The notes below the pieces were generated by a model, which saw only the letters and a program-made list of their open reading frames with translations, ran no database searches and was not told the DNA's origin. This document shows positions 1 through 13,229 of a stretch of 64,000 bases of DNA, piece after piece. The stretch comes from Lama guanicoe (taxonomy: Eukaryota). A program made the position numbers and the translations under genes. Numbering within the stretch: position 1 is the first letter of the stretch; each line of letters opens with the position of its first letter. Where the stretch lies: positions 6,801,184-6,865,183 of the forward strand of contig MU054843.1 in assembly GCA_013239625.1 (NCBI GenBank), in the 5' to 3' direction.

Positions 1-565
1 TACAGGATTTATCATAATTACTTTTTTTATTATTATTATTTTAAGCACATAGGTCTATCCAGGACATGCAAACTTAACTTTTGAGCCTTGGTCATAAACT
101 TTTGGGCACATTTCTAGCCCTTATTATAGCACCAATAAGAGATTAAACTAGAAAATGAGTCTACAAATGAATACCTATCTTTTAATTAGTAAGCACTCTC
201 CTTCATATAAAATTTCATGCCAGTCTCTAAAAGGCACACTTAATACTCACCTAAAGCCTTTCATTTGAAAAGCTCAAAGCACTTCTTGCTAATACTGGTG
301 CCAATTCTCTCAAAATTCCCCTAAGTCGGGGAACTCATACTCAATGAATACTTGCTTGGCAGTAAAAGGCCATCTCTTCCTTTATATCCCTAATTTCATT
401 GGATCTTTGAAACTAACCAGTGTTTTATCTGATTAATGCTTGGTTGAGAGTCTGCATAGGAATAGTGCCCACACTAGGTTTTAAGTAGTCTTGTTATGGA
501 AGAAGTCTGTATCCAATGCCCACACTACCCAAGCCAACTTGGGTTTTCCATAAGAACAAGTCCAA

Positions 566-1115
566 GCAGCACCGTTTACAATAGCCAAGACATGGAAGCA
601 ACCTAGATATCCATCGACATAGGATTAGATAAAGAAGTTGTGGTATATTTATACAATGGACTACTAATCAGCCATAACAAAGAATAAAATAATGCCATTT
701 TCAGTAACATGGATGGAATTGGAGATCATCATTCTCAGTGAAGTAAGCCAGAAATAGAAAGAAAAATACCATATGACATCACTTATACGTGGAATCTAAA
801 AAAAAAGATACAAATGAACTTCCTTACAAAACAGAAAGAGACTCACTGGCATAGAAAACAAACTTAGGGTTACCACAGGGAAAGGGAGTGGGAAAAAATA
901 AATTGGAAGTACGGGATTTGCAGATACTAACTACTATATATAAAAAAGATAAACAACAAGGTCCTACTGTACAGCACAGGGAACTGTATTCAATAGCATC
1001 TAATGAAAAAGAGTATGAAAAGAAATATATATGTATAACTGAATCACTATGCTGTACACCAGAAATTAATACGACATTGTAAATGGACTATACTTCAATT
1101 AAAAAATTTTTTTTA
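566..1115 (+). mobile_element. 5'-truncated young L1 (camelid/artiodactyl type): ORF2 C-terminal remnant plus 3' UTR and A-tail
   Basis: Translates with stops to the L1 ORF2 C-terminus (FTIAKTWKQPRYPS...IKKLWYIYTM...IMPFSVTWMELEIIILSEVSQ). The 3' UTR ends in ttcaattaaaaaa. TSD-like aagaacaagtccaa (552-565) / aagaacatatccaa (1116-1129). Confidence 0.92.
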
Positions 1116-1660
1116 AAGAACATATCCAATATTTTCTCATATAAATGCTAATCCCTGGGCATGAAAGATCTATTTAAGTACAACTGTAACCTTCCTTCTT
1201 CAGTACACCTGGGTTGATTTTCCAAATCCTGTTGTGTCCTGTATTTATAAACAAGGAGAATACTGTTATGAAATGTATCATTTTGTTAAATACCAAGTAT
1301 TGTTATTAGTTACAGAGATTTATTGAAAAAAATTTATATAAAATTGTCTTACAAAAACTTGAATGCATTATCATACTTTATGAATTTCTTTGGATTATTT
1401 TTAGAAGGTAAATGATTTAGTCCTTTCAAATATTTGAAGACAAAACAGTGTACCCTGGATTATAAATCTCATGTTTTCATTAGGTTTTTTATAACTCTAC
1501 CAAAAATCCAGTTAAAAAACTTATCAATGAAGATAAGTAGAGTCAAAAGTAGTCCCTACTTCTTGGATTTAAAAAAAATTTTTTTTGATTTAATAAATTT
1601 ACTTGGAAGGTCATGATAGTGACATTGATTACTGAGAACCTCAATCAGTTCAAAACATGA

Positions 1661-2153
1661 TGTCAACTGAAAAATACACAACCTAAAAGTTGAGAATTAT
1701 GTTTTATTCAGGGACATTACTGAGGACTACAGCCTGGGAGACATCCTCTCAGATAGCTCTGAGGAACTGTTCCAAAGAGGGAAGGGGGGAGCCAGGACAT
1801 ATAGGAGTTTTTGCTGGGGGGAAAAAAATATAGACATATATATGTAATGGATCATCAAAAGATTACTGCTAATCACAAAAACCAGACATCTGGAGTTAAT
1901 GATTTTAGTGCTTTTCTATGTATGGGAAGGTGCAAGAGTTTGAGTTCACTGAATTACTCCTTTGATATGCATCTTTCTCAACTATCTAAGGCCAGTATTC
2001 TCTTTTTCTCCATCCTGAATTTCTCTGTTGGTGCACTGTGGAGGGCTGGGGGTGGGGATGGGGGGCTGCAGTGGCTCATGGCTTTATCTTAATTCTTGAT
2101 GGTGGGCAACATTCATTGTTTACTGGAATGGCAGGCAACAGTCTTTGTCCGTA
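1661..2153 (-). mobile_element. ERV1-class solo LTR (MER41-like, laurasiatherian type)
   Basis: On the minus strand it ends ...tcagttgaCA, with AATAAA about 60 bp before the end and a cctatatg TATA-like box. 4-bp TSD-like atga (1657-1660) / atgg (2154-2157). The family name is from recollection of the consensus. Confidence 0.75.
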
Positions 2154-3799
2154 ATGGTAATGACCAAACATAAGGAAAGAAATTGAGGGAGATTGTGAGT
2201 AGACAAACTAGAAATATAAAATTTATCTAATAGTCATGAATTTCATTCATAAGAGATCTTTTAGAATATCACTCAAAGCTAAGTTACCCTTACTTTGTCC
2301 ACAGTTCTAATAAGCTTTCTCATTTGATTTCTCCCATTGTCAATAGATGAGAAAGTGGTAAATCAGAAGTGTGTAGACATTAGAAAGAAGAGTTCTTACA
2401 GCTGTCAGCCAATATACCAACAAATCAACAAATTCATTCTGAATGTCAGCTACTTTTCTGACACTTTAGCAGATGTTAAGGGACAGAAAAGTAGAAGTTA
2501 TTATCCATGCCCTCCATAGCTTATACTTTGCTTGAGTGCAGAAAAGAGCTCCAAACAGGAAGCAAACAGAAACAAATAAATTATGTAGCACTGAACATAA
2601 ACTTTTAAAAATTTCAGACAAGGAAGAAATCAGCAAAGGAGAAGATAACAAAAGTTTTCATGGAGGCCAAATCTTTAAAAAAAAATAGAAAAATTAAAGT
2701 GGCCCTTTGTCCTAAGGACAAAACTAAATGTCTGAAAAGTGATGTCTTGAAATCATTATGGGAAACATTAAAAGTTTTAAAGAAAAAAAATTTGCTCAGA
2801 AGAGAAGATGAACAGAGTTTTAGGAAGCTTCAATATCTAAAACACAATGATTTTTTATTTTTGTATATGCCTAGAAAACTGAATAAGAAGAAATCAATTT
2901 ACTGTATTGAAGGAAAGATTTAGATAAGGCACTGGAATGTACTCTTGAATACAATTTTTTTTTTTTTGGTCTCCCTTTTATACGCTACTCTTTAAATGGT
3001 TTCAGTGAAACGGTGTGGAGGCAAAATAATGGGTTCAGTGACCTCTTCTGTAATCCTGGGTTGCATTATCTGTGGATGATCTATCGCCTCCCAGCCCCAC
3101 CCTACCCTGCCCCACCCCAACAGCTGTGCCAATCCACAGGAACACCAACACCTTCTCAGCAGAAGTGGCTCTCCTTTAAGGAGGTTCACAGAGATTATCA
3201 TCTGTAATCAGAATTCTGAACAAGAACTTCATGAAATGCTCTGCTCATGACCCAGGTTGGGAAACTGTCTGCAAGCATCAGTGTAAAACAGTGATGATAA
3301 AGGCCGTGGGCCAAAGGTTCTGACGGAGAACAAATATGCACACATCAAACTTGCTGCTGACTCTTTGGAGATAGACAGATATTGGCTTGGAATTTGAGGA
3401 CCACCAACATAACCCCGAAATCTCTCTCTTACCAACAAGGAAAGCTATGTAGTTCTAAGATAAGCATTTAGTTATAGGAATTAAATGAGATTACAAATAT
3501 ATATGATATAAATGAGAATATAAATATATATAATGGTGTGGTATTATATGTGCATTTTTATATATATATATATGTATATAAAGTGGTGTGATTTGAGAGG
3601 CACCAAGATAATCCCCCAAATCTCTCTCCCACCAAGAAAAGCAATGCAGTACAGTGAAGAGAGGATAGTGGGTGTCTCTCCCCAGGTAAAACACAGGCAA
3701 TAAAAACCATAAAGTTCCTACCAGCCAGGCACACCTAACGATATATGTTCCAGGTAAGAGCCATTTGCAGTTTTGTCCTAGATCAAAAATTGCACAGAA

Positions 3800-4337
3800 T
3801 AGTTCTCTAAAAATAGAACGTTTTCTTATTTTGGGGATGCCATTCACAATGTAACAACTACAGACATAACATACTTTTTTTAAGTGTAACTTGCATTATC
3901 AACACTTTTTTCATCACATCCTTAAGTTGAGACTATACAACCAAGAAAACAGTAGATCAAGCCCTGATTTGTAGTGTTTGTGAATTTCTGTGGTGTCAAT
4001 GCTTCCACCACAGCCAATTTCAAGCTTCCAACTTTCCAACTCTGAAAAACAGAGCTGCAAAGGTGTGGGCAATAGCACACCATTCTGTAGTGTTTCCACC
4101 AGGGAGATATAATAGATACAAGGAATCTCAAGAGCAGAGATAATAGCAAAGTGCAGTGAAATAATTACTAAGTGAGGAGTTTTAAGAATTTATTATTATT
4201 GTGTTTAATATAATTTTTACTCATGAGTTTATATAATTTTCAATAATGGCTGTGTTTAACAACTAGCTCATGAAATTCCTGTAAATTGAACAATCAGCTC
4301 TCAAAAACCAGGATGAGCCAAATCCAGCACACCCCAG
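3800..4337 (-). mobile_element. MER63-type hAT-Blackjack DNA transposon fragment
   Basis: Matches the recalled MER63 consensus: terminal ccagcacac, aataatggctgtgtttaacaac, gatcaagccctgatttgtag, attcacaatgtaac. Confidence 0.75.
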
Positions 4338-6483
4338 GTTCCATTCATTCCTGAGACCTAGCTATTTTTCCACCCTGATTTCAGGAACTGACAAACGCCC
4401 TCGTTTGCCCAATCTATATCAAGTTGCTTTCCAGTCACCTGCAACCAAAAGAATCTTGGCTTATTAAAGAGATCCCAGACAGCTCAAGGGGATGGAGACT
4501 GCTTAGTCTAAGAGGCAAGGTTCAAGCAGCTACCTCTGAAGATCAATATTCCAGCCTACCTAGATGTTAAATAGAATTTTCATCTATGGAAAAACCTTGC
4601 CACGTCATGCAGTGGTCTCTTTAAAAATCTGCCCCAGGTGAAGACTGTTTAATCAGCTGAACAGAGCCTGCAGGCCCCACGGGAGCTTGGGAGGATGTTC
4701 ACCACTCACAACCGCTCCTGCCCATTCCCAGGAGCCCCAGCAACACTTCATGAAACTGCACAGGGTGGAACCCAGGCTTTTCCCTAGCGAGGAAGTGACT
4801 GCTGGAATGCCAGATGTGCCATTCCCACAGCAGCTGGTGGAGGGCCTGTCTCTCCCAGGGTGAGGAGCAGCCTCTGCAGAGACTAAGCCCCGGAAGTTTG
4901 CAAAGTTTCCACAGGCCAGGGAGAACACAAGCTATGCAGGCCTGAGGCAACACAGGATGAGAAATAGAACCATTATTCAGGGCTGATGTTCCCACCCACC
5001 TCCTTTGTTTCCTTCCACCAGTGTTTGGAAAACCTGTTTAAAGAGTTATTCCAAGTGTTTTTTCAAACCTCTAATCTGTCTTCAAAAATATCCTTGAAGA
5101 GGAAACAAAGATTGTTTGCTAGCAGTCACCGAGGGTGGAAATGGTCAGGAAAAGGCTTTCCAGCACACCTAGACGAAAGCCACAAATTAGGGCTGGGGAG
5201 GGCTTGGACAGAAACCAGCTGGGTCAATCAGTCAGCAATGCTGTGTGTCCTGCAGTTTTTAAAACAAGGGGCAGCTGAAATTCACGGCTCTTTGTGAAAG
5301 CTGGGGGTGGGAAGATGAGGGCAGAGGGGAAATGGTGCGGAGCAGGGGCAGAGATGCTATAGATGATTGGAAGCGGGGAGAAGGCTGGATGTGGGAAGCA
5401 AGTGTGCAGTTCTCTGAAATCTTGTTTAATGTACATTTTCTCAGGGGGGTTGAGCTGAACCCTTCAGCTGTGCATCTGAAGTTGATTAAAAACCTGAAAT
5501 TTTCCATAATTGGACCTCATTAATAAATTCCTCAGGGTTCCAGGAGGCTCTGAAGAGGTAGAACAAGGGTTTGGAGAGATGAGAGCAACAGGAGGTTGTA
5601 AGATGCCAGGCTGTGGAGTTAATTCCATTTAATCAGCTTGGAGAAAGTTCGCATTCACAACAATCCCCAGGACGTAGGAGCCCTCCCGCCCTCTTCAGCC
5701 AGGCAAGATTTTCTCATTCGCTTCTCCCGACTTTTTAACCCCTATTTCCAACCTGGGTAACTAGCTGCCTGACATGTTCTGCAAGCCAATGGTTAGAAAC
5801 CAATGCTTCTCTTCTCTTTCGGACCCTCACTGTTTCTACCATAGGTGTGATTCCAGCAGCTAAGAAGGGAAGGCTGCCACCTCTTAGTCTCCTCTTTTCA
5901 TTTCCCATCCACCACCGCCCACCACTGCCCTGCCCCACCCTTCTCTTCCCCTCCCACCTTTATTTCCACTTCTATTCTCAGTTGTTAGCTTGACCTCAAA
6001 CTCGCTTGTAATCCCAAACCTTGAATTGAGACATTAGCATTGGCTTATTGCCATACCAAACCTTGAGTGGTTAGTAAGCAGCAAGCCTGCTTGGTTTGTT
6101 ATGTGCCTTCATTTTTCCCTCTAGTAGAAGTAAGCCTGAGATGCAAAACATCCAAGGGTCAGATACCTGGGGAAAAAACAGAAGCAAATGGTGATACCCA
6201 AGCTGGGAAATCAACTTCTGAACAGGAAAGGACGAGAGTCAAATGCAGAATTTGCCAGGGCTCCAAATGGCTCCTTCTCATGGCATCTATATCTTGCAAA
6301 TATTCCTTCCATTTCTGTGCATTTCAGTGGGATGTGTCATCCATTAAAACCAGTGAGGAAGAAGCACAGAAACATCAACCTCCATTCCCAAAGATCATCA
6401 ACTTCCATCCCCAGGGACCTCAAGGTAACTGGTCTTCAGAGCAAGACTCACCCCAGGTCAAGGGTGGAGTGTCCTCTGTGGGA

Positions 6484-6510
6484 TGTGTGTGTGTGTGTGT
6501 GTGTGTGTGT
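6484..6510. repeat. (TG)13 microsatellite
   Basis: Direct observation. Confidence 0.97.
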
Positions 6511-6689
6511 TTCAATGCCTAGGCTAGGGTTGGTTGAGCTGCAAAGAGAAGGGGCGAGAGATGGAGAGTAGAGGGTCAACTCACCAAAGTGTGGAACCTG
6601 AGGAGGTGGTCAACTCACACCTGCAGTGAACCTCCTTACTGCACCCTGCCCTCAAATTCAAACTCAGAAGCATGAGAGAAGTCTGCCTC

Positions 6690-6699
6690 TTTCACTTCC
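6690..6699 (-). promoter_or_regulatory. ETS-IRF composite element (EICE) motif GGAAGTGAAA
   Basis: tttcacttcc on the plus strand. Motif match only. Confidence 0.35.
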
Positions 6700-7019
6700 A
6701 ACTTAGCTTCAATTCTCCTGTTCTCTTACCAGGCTGCATCTGGGGGTGTTCTTTCCTCTCAACTCTTCACCGTCCCTTACTATAACATCCCTGCACCCGC
6801 ACCCCAATGTAGATTTTAAAAAGTTTCTTTTGCAAGGCTCTTTTTTATGTTTATAGAGAAATCCCAGGTGACCCAGTGTTGCTATCACAGTGACCTGGTG
6901 GCTGAGCTGAACCTCTCCCTCTCCTTGAAGGCCTTCTTTTTGTTCTTCCTCCCACCGTGGGGCATTATCCTCAGGCCATCATAAAGGAAAAGACCGATTA
7001 ATGTGCCTACAAAAAAAAA

Positions 7020-7620
7020 TTAAATAAAAAAAGCAAACATTTATATGGCAAATATGGTGTGTGTCATAAACAGAGTCAAAAGACAATTTAAAAACTGGAG
7101 AAAATCCCTTGCAACATATCTGACTGACAAAGGTCTGGTTTCTTAAAGAATCCTTCTAATTCAGTAAGACAAAAGGGCAAAGGAAATTAACCATCCACCC
7201 ATTAAAAAAAATAGATACAATAGGTGAACGAGACCTCTCAACATTTAAAAGACAAAAATCAAAACAAGGCAGTGCTTTCCCCTATGAGATTGGAAAATAC
7301 TAAAGGTCTGGTATTTCTCAGTGTTGATAAGAACAGGGGAAACAGGCAGTCACATACTATTGGTGGGAATCTCAGTAAGTATAGTTTTGTATAAGTAAAT
7401 TTGGCAGCATGTTGCAAAATTTTTTAAACGTGCATATACTTTGACCCAGAAATTGCACTGTGAAAGATGTATTGTATAGATATAAAAGTACACAAATATA
7501 CACATACAAAGATGGTCAATGAAACTTTACTTGTAATTAAAAACTAAAAAAAATATGCATATATAGGCTACTACACTGATTTTAAAAATTCTGAGAGGAT
7601 ATTAAAGACCTGGTAAAGAT
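7020..7620 (+). mobile_element. Ancient L1ME-type fragment (ORF2 3' region)
   Basis: Degenerate L1 ORF2-end motifs: aactggagaaaat...tgcaacatat, catactattggtgggaat, tttgacccagaaatt. Confidence 0.7.
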
Positions 7621-7623
7621 AGA

Positions 7624-7972
7624 TATCTTAGTTTGCTGGGGCTGCTGTAACAAACTAACACTGACTGGGTGGCTCACAGACAACAGAAATGTATTGCTCA
7701 CAGTTCTGGAAGTACTAAGTCTAAGATCAAGGCACCAGCGTGGTCACCTTCTGGTAAGAGCCTTCTTCCTGCCTCATAGCTGGCACCTTCTCGCTCTGTC
7801 CTCACATGGTAGGCGGGGCTAGAGGTCTCTCTGGGCCTCTTTTGTAAGGGCAGTAATATACGGGCTCTACCCTTATGACCTAAGCACCTTTCAAAGTCCC
7901 ACCTCCTAATACTATCGCCTTTGGGGGTTAAGATTTCAACGTGTGAATTTGCGGGAGGACAGAAATATTCAA
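7624..7972 (-). mobile_element. MaLR solo LTR (MLT1A-like)
   Basis: tatcttagtttgctggggctgctgtaacaaac...ctcacagttctgga...aagatcaaggcacc...cccacctcctaatac...gggggttaagatttcaac. Confidence 0.85.
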
Positions 7973-8574
7973 TGGGATTGGAGGTGAGGAAAGAGAGAGG
8001 CTTTTTTTTTTTTTAACCTAAAATTCTTCTGTTTTTCTTAATTTTTTACCAAGTATTTTTTTTTAAAACATTCATTTTTAAATCAATAAACAAACTAAAC
8101 TCTGGCTATACCTGTTGTGCTGGTTGCTAACACTTTTCTGTTGCCCCCAAGAATTCCCCAAGACAAGCCCAAGTTTCACCAAACCAGCCCCAATTGATTA
8201 ATCCTTCAAATTGAGCAAGACCTTTGATATAGAGATATATTGATATATAACCATATATCAATATGGAAGAAAGCCCCATATCAGAATAGTTGACAAAAGA
8301 CAAAAATTTAATCTCTTGAAGGTCCCTTTGCCAGCGACTCTCTCAGAAAGAGCTGAAAGAGGCTGGGTTGCAAAGCAATCAGGTGGGGTTTTGGAATAAG
8401 CAGCCACGAGTTCCCCCTGCTCCCTCCAAGTTGGGGCTGGTCCAGGTGGGGCAGGGAGCAGGTCAGCAGGGAGGTTGGTGGGCACAGGGACACCTGTCAA
8501 TCTGACACCAGCAGGCCCCTCTCTCTTGGCTGTACCCACTGTGAGGAAGAGATGAGGAGGCTTAGAATCCTGCC

Positions 8575-8970
8575 CTAGAATACAATTCCAACTACATGAT
8601 GTTCTGGAAAAGGCAAAACTATGGAGACAGTAAACAGATCAGTAATTGCTAAGGGTTGGGAGTGAGGATAGGGGTGAATAGATGGAGCACAGAGGATTTT
8701 TAGGGCAGTGAAACTACTGTAAAATGATACAGTATGATACTGTGCTAGTGGACAGATGTCATTATACATTTGTACAAACCTTAGAATCCGCAATACCAGG
8801 ATGGAATGGAATGTAAACTGCAGACTGCGGGTGATTATGATGTATCAATGGAGATTCATCGATTGTAACAAATGTACCACTCTGGTGGGGGATGTTGCTA
8901 AAATGAGAGAGGCTATGCAGGTGTTGGGGGAAGGGGATATATAAGAAATCTCCGTACCTTCCTCTCAAAA
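8575..8970 (+). mobile_element. L1MC1/2-type 3' end
   Basis: ttctggaaaaggcaaaactatggagacagtaaa...gagcacagaggatttttagggcagtgaaact...ttgtaacaaatgtaccactctggtgggggatgttg. Confidence 0.85.
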
Positions 8971-8978
8971 AATGAAGG

Positions 8979-9195
8979 TTTTTTTTTTAATTGACGTATC
9001 CACAATGTTGTGTTTGCTTCAGGTGTACAGCAAAAGTGATTCAGTTATACATATACATATATATATATTCTTTTTCAGATTATTTTCCATTATAGGTTAT
9101 TAAAGATATTAAATAGAATTCCCTGTGCTATACAATGGATCCTTGTTTTTTATCTATTTTATATATAGTAATGTGTATCTGTTAATCCCAAACTT
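8979..9195 (-). mobile_element. Young L1 3' UTR fragment
   Basis: Poly-T followed by the reverse complement of the 3' UTR seen at 12145-12411 (tcaggtgtacagc...ttccctgtgctatac...tgtatctgttaatcccaaact). Confidence 0.88.
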
Positions 9196-9613
9196 TATGA
9201 GATAACATATTATGCTTAACGTGTGCTTGTTAGGTGCTAAGTAAAAGCAAATCCTGCCCCAGGCATTGTTACTACAGTCACTGGGAGGAAGGGTGGTGCT
9301 GTGTGCTCATCTCTTCCCTCCTTCCTGTGGCCTGAGACACTTTTCACCCCTGACTGGACTCCTTAGGGCTTGGCCCAAATTTCTGGGAAAGAGTGTCAGT
9401 TTGGCCCTTGTCTAATTATCTCCAGCCAGAAGGAAGAGGGTCTTATAGCAGCAAGTCACATGAAAGGGGAATTGTTCATGGCTAGGCACCCCTGGGTGTG
9501 TAGCAATCTTACAGAATGGATAAGTAATGTTCCTCCTAGGATTTGAGATTTGGTTATATTTACAAAAATGGTATTTGTTCTGTTTTGTTTTATTTTTACT
9601 AAAATGAAACAAA

Positions 9614-9830
9614 GAATGCATGGACTTTGAGATCCGACTCATTTGCTTTTGAGTCTTTGCTTGGTCACTGCACTTAATAACTGGGCAATGTTGACAAAGT
9701 CACTTAACCTCTCTGGTTCTTAGTGTCCTTGGCTATGAAATGAAGATGAGTACCCATTCAGAGGTGGTTGTGAGTAGGAGATGATCTTATTTATCTGAAG
9801 CATTCACTTCACAGTGGTTCTCAGTAAAGG
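9614..9830 (+). mobile_element. MIR SINE
   Basis: Core motif aagtcacttaacctctctg...aaatgaagatga...ggttgtgag. Confidence 0.7.
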
Positions 9831-10199
9831 TTTTTCTTCCTTCATTTAGGCTCCTGATGGAGTGAGAGTAATCTTTCTATGACAACATCTGGCCATGATA
9901 CTCCCTTGCTTAAAAGCCTTTCCGTGGCTCCCCATAACCCTCAGAATAAAGTCCGGCCTCCTCAAGATAAAATAAAAAGCCCTAAACATCTATTCTCCAC
10001 ACTAGTCTCTCCCCATCACACCTATAACCAAGCCATGCTTGCAGTTCCCAGCACCCATGATGCTTTCTCTCCTTTCTTGGCCACCATTTCCACCCACAAG
10101 ATTGTAAGGTTGTACTGAGTCCCTCCCATATGCTCCAGGACAGGAACTCTCTTCAGCTTCCCCAGGAACCAGCCTGCCCAGCTTTAACTGTTCTAGGGA

Positions 10200-10770
10200 C
10201 TTTACATTGGAAGGTAGCCCATTCCACTGTTAATTTCTAGAAAGTTCTACTTTTCTCATGCCAACTGGCAATAGAGCCAAAAATGCTTCCCCAGCACTTC
10301 TACCCAGTGGTCTTAGCTTTTACCCTGAAACAACCCCCAAACTACTGGAAGCTTGAGTCAGTTACCCTCTCCTCCACTTCCCCAAATCTATCTTTCCATC
10401 TCCTTTCACTGAACCCCAGGAGATGTGGTTCAGAGAATATAAGTCATCCCATAATATCCTCTAGTTTATCCCTATTCATCTCAAAGCCTGGTGCTCAAGT
10501 GAGACTCCAGCCACCACTGTCCTACTATGGATCCTACAAACCTACACAGCTTCAGACTGAGTCACTCAAGTAAGCAACCTAACATCCTGTGGAGTTTCTG
10601 GTCAATGACACCCCCTCCAAGTCCTTATCATATGACCAGCTATCATGCCAAGTCCTGTCTCTCCCCACCCCTGGACTTAGACAAGTGACTGAAATTACAC
10701 AAGAAGCCAAGGGCAGAGACCAGGAGACATCTCAAGATTTATGATTTCTAATCTGTTGAGGTTCAGCAGT
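10200..10770 (-). mobile_element. L3/CR1 LINE remnant
   Basis: Degenerate CR1 3' motifs: gtagcccattccactgt...tagaaagttct...cacttctacccagtggtcttag. Confidence 0.5.
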
Positions 10771-10809
10771 TGAATTGTCTATAATTCTTTGATGGCCTTC
10801 TATATGTTG

Positions 10810-10960
10810 ATATAACAGTAAGTATGGCTGAAGTTTACTGAGGGTCTGCTGTATATCAGGCTCTGGGCCAAGCAATATACATGCATTTTCTCATTTGACC
10901 CTCCCTACAAGGACTTCACCAATGAGTAAACTGAACTTTGGAGAGATTAAGAAATATAAT
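10810..10960 (-). mobile_element. MIR SINE
   Basis: tttactgagggtctgctgtatatcaggctctgggccaagc...atgagtaaactgaact. Confidence 0.6.
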
Positions 10961-12144
10961 CAATAGCGCAATAGAATGGAGGGTTAGGTTAAACAACAAA
11001 GCAATAAAGTCTTAGAACATATCCAGTATGGCAGCTATGGAGTCCCATATTTCTCCCTTATAGTTAGGCATTTCCTAATTTTAAACCCTTAGTACCCAAC
11101 CTTGACTTCATTTAAACACAGGAGAAAGAAGACTCACATCAAGCAAATGAAGCCTAAAGGTCCAGAGGAACAGCCTTCTTTCAGGTCTTCATTTTCTCAG
11201 GTGTTCAGGTGCCTTCTTACAAGATGTGTGGAAGCCATACAGCTTTTGCCTCACCCACCCACCCTTTTAATTAACCTGAGTGTGGTGTAAGAACACATTT
11301 CGCAGCCTTGCAAAGCTTCTGTAGACATTTGCTGTCTCTCTTACATTTAAATAACAACCCTGCATCTCTGATTAATTTGATGATCCCCAATCAATCTGAT
11401 GCAAATTGTGGTAAACTCTTGTTTGTTTATTTAACACAATTCCAAAATTTCTTTATATTAAATTTTTAAAAGGCAATAGTGACTTATTATTATAGCTAAA
11501 CCATGAAATGAGAAACTGGCATTGTTTGGGTTGGTTTCCATGTAAAGAAGAGCTTATGAACCCTGTGACCTTCTGGTGACACTGACTAGCTTGACTAGCA
11601 GATAGAGTAGTGCTCAATCACATCACTTTCCTTGTAATCACTGTATATTGAAGAGAGATTTGTCCATCAAACCTTTCACCCACTTCTGGAACTCAGTGGG
11701 ACCAGAGGCTGTCAGCCAATATCCTGGGCAAAGGCTCCCACTGGAAATTTCTGCTGGTTGAACTCAAATCTCTCCTTGCTTGTTCTGAAGCAGGATCAGA
11801 CATCTAACTGCTCACTGTGTGGCTTCCCAGAAGATTCAGAAATATGCTTGATGTGGGTATGGGATGGGGACAGGGGAATTCTTGTGGCCTATGGAGCAGT
11901 GAAGGGCTCCAAACACAACATTAGGGTTTGGCAAAACCTAAGAACATCATGCCAAGACCTTTTCCCTTCACTTTTAAGCCCATATGCATTTCAAAGGGAA
12001 CTTAGTCCTCATTTCAGGAGTCATCAGTGTGCAGTGATATTAGCACTAAGGACTAGTTCTAAAATATCCCACTCTTTTTTTTTCCTATCCAATTTCTACT
12101 TATCCCTCAGAATCTAGTCCCTTTCCATCAAGACTTCTCCATCA

Positions 12145-12411
12145 GAAAGGGGAAATGGGGCAGGGGGATAAGGAGTTTGGGATTAACAGATACACATTAC
12201 TATATATAAAAAAGATAAACATCAAGGACCTATATAACACAGGGAACTATATTCAATATCTTGTAATAACCTATAATGTAAAAGAGTCTGAAAAAAATGT
12301 ATATATGTATAACTGAATCACTTTGCTATACACCTGAAACTAATGCAACATTGTAAACTAACTGTACTTCAATTTTTTAAAAAGTAGTTTTAAAAACTGA
12401 ATAATAAAAAT
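12145..12411 (+). mobile_element. 5'-truncated young L1 3' UTR
   Basis: gggataaggagtttgggattaacagatacac...cacagggaactatattcaatatcttgtaataacctataat. 14-bp TSD agacttctccatca (12131-12144) / agacttctgcatca (12412-12425). Confidence 0.92.
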
Positions 12412-12579
12412 AGACTTCTGCATCAAGTCTTCCACAAACACTGTGGCCCAGAGTAACCACTAGCCTAAGACAACATAACACTCCTTGCTAGAAAGGTGGC
12501 TCTCGACCACGTAATTCTTATGACACTTTTGAATTGTTTACCTATTTGTGTATTCATATGTATATCCACATCCATATTA

Positions 12580-12700
12580 CAATTTTTAATGCACTTACTC
12601 AAAAACTACTTAGTGATAACCTGCTACTGCCAAACCTTGTGCTTGGTACTAGGGATGCAATGGAGCACATCAGGGCCCTTCCAGAACTCACAGTGGGGAA
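12580..12700 (-). mobile_element. L2 3' end fragment
   Basis: acctgctactgccaaaccttgtgcttggtactagggatgcaat...cttccagaactcacagt. Confidence 0.55.
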
Positions 12701-12885
12701 TTGGATCAGCAAAGTTCAGTGTAGACAACAGAACCCACTCAAGGTATTTCCAGCTGAAAGGGATTTAGTGAGGGAATGGAGTATTTACAAACTATTGGAA
12801 GATCTGACAAGGAAGTCATGGGACCACCAATGGACTGTTTATTTTACGGTCCTATGATTTTAACTTGATATAGAAGTAGGGCAGA

Positions 12886-12911
12886 TGCTGCTGCTGCTGC
12901 TGCTACTGCTG
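12886..12911. repeat. Short imperfect (CTG)n repeat
   Basis: tgctgctgctgctgctgctactgctg. Confidence 0.9.
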
Positions 12912-13229
12912 TCTCCTCACAACTGACTCACACCCACAAGTCTGGAGGCCAGACAGGGGATGCTGAGTTCACCCACCACAACTGACTCTAACATCTATAC
13001 AGCCTTGCTCACCAGGAAGAGAACTTTATACGTATTTTCTGAATTTTGGAGAGAGAGGAAGGAGAGGATGAGTGCGGCCACAGATTTCTGTGTTCTACAC
13101 AGCATTATACAGCAGTCAGGCATGTGCTAAACAGACAAGACCAAACTGCCTTCTCCATCCTGTAGATGGTAGATTTTTAAGTCAGACAACAGTTTATAGT
13201 TCATATTTCTCTCCTGGGCCAGACTTGTC

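Noticed and set aside
6067-6522. 151-aa ORF
   Set aside because: It has a GTG start, runs into a (TG)n microsatellite and has no recognisable homology.
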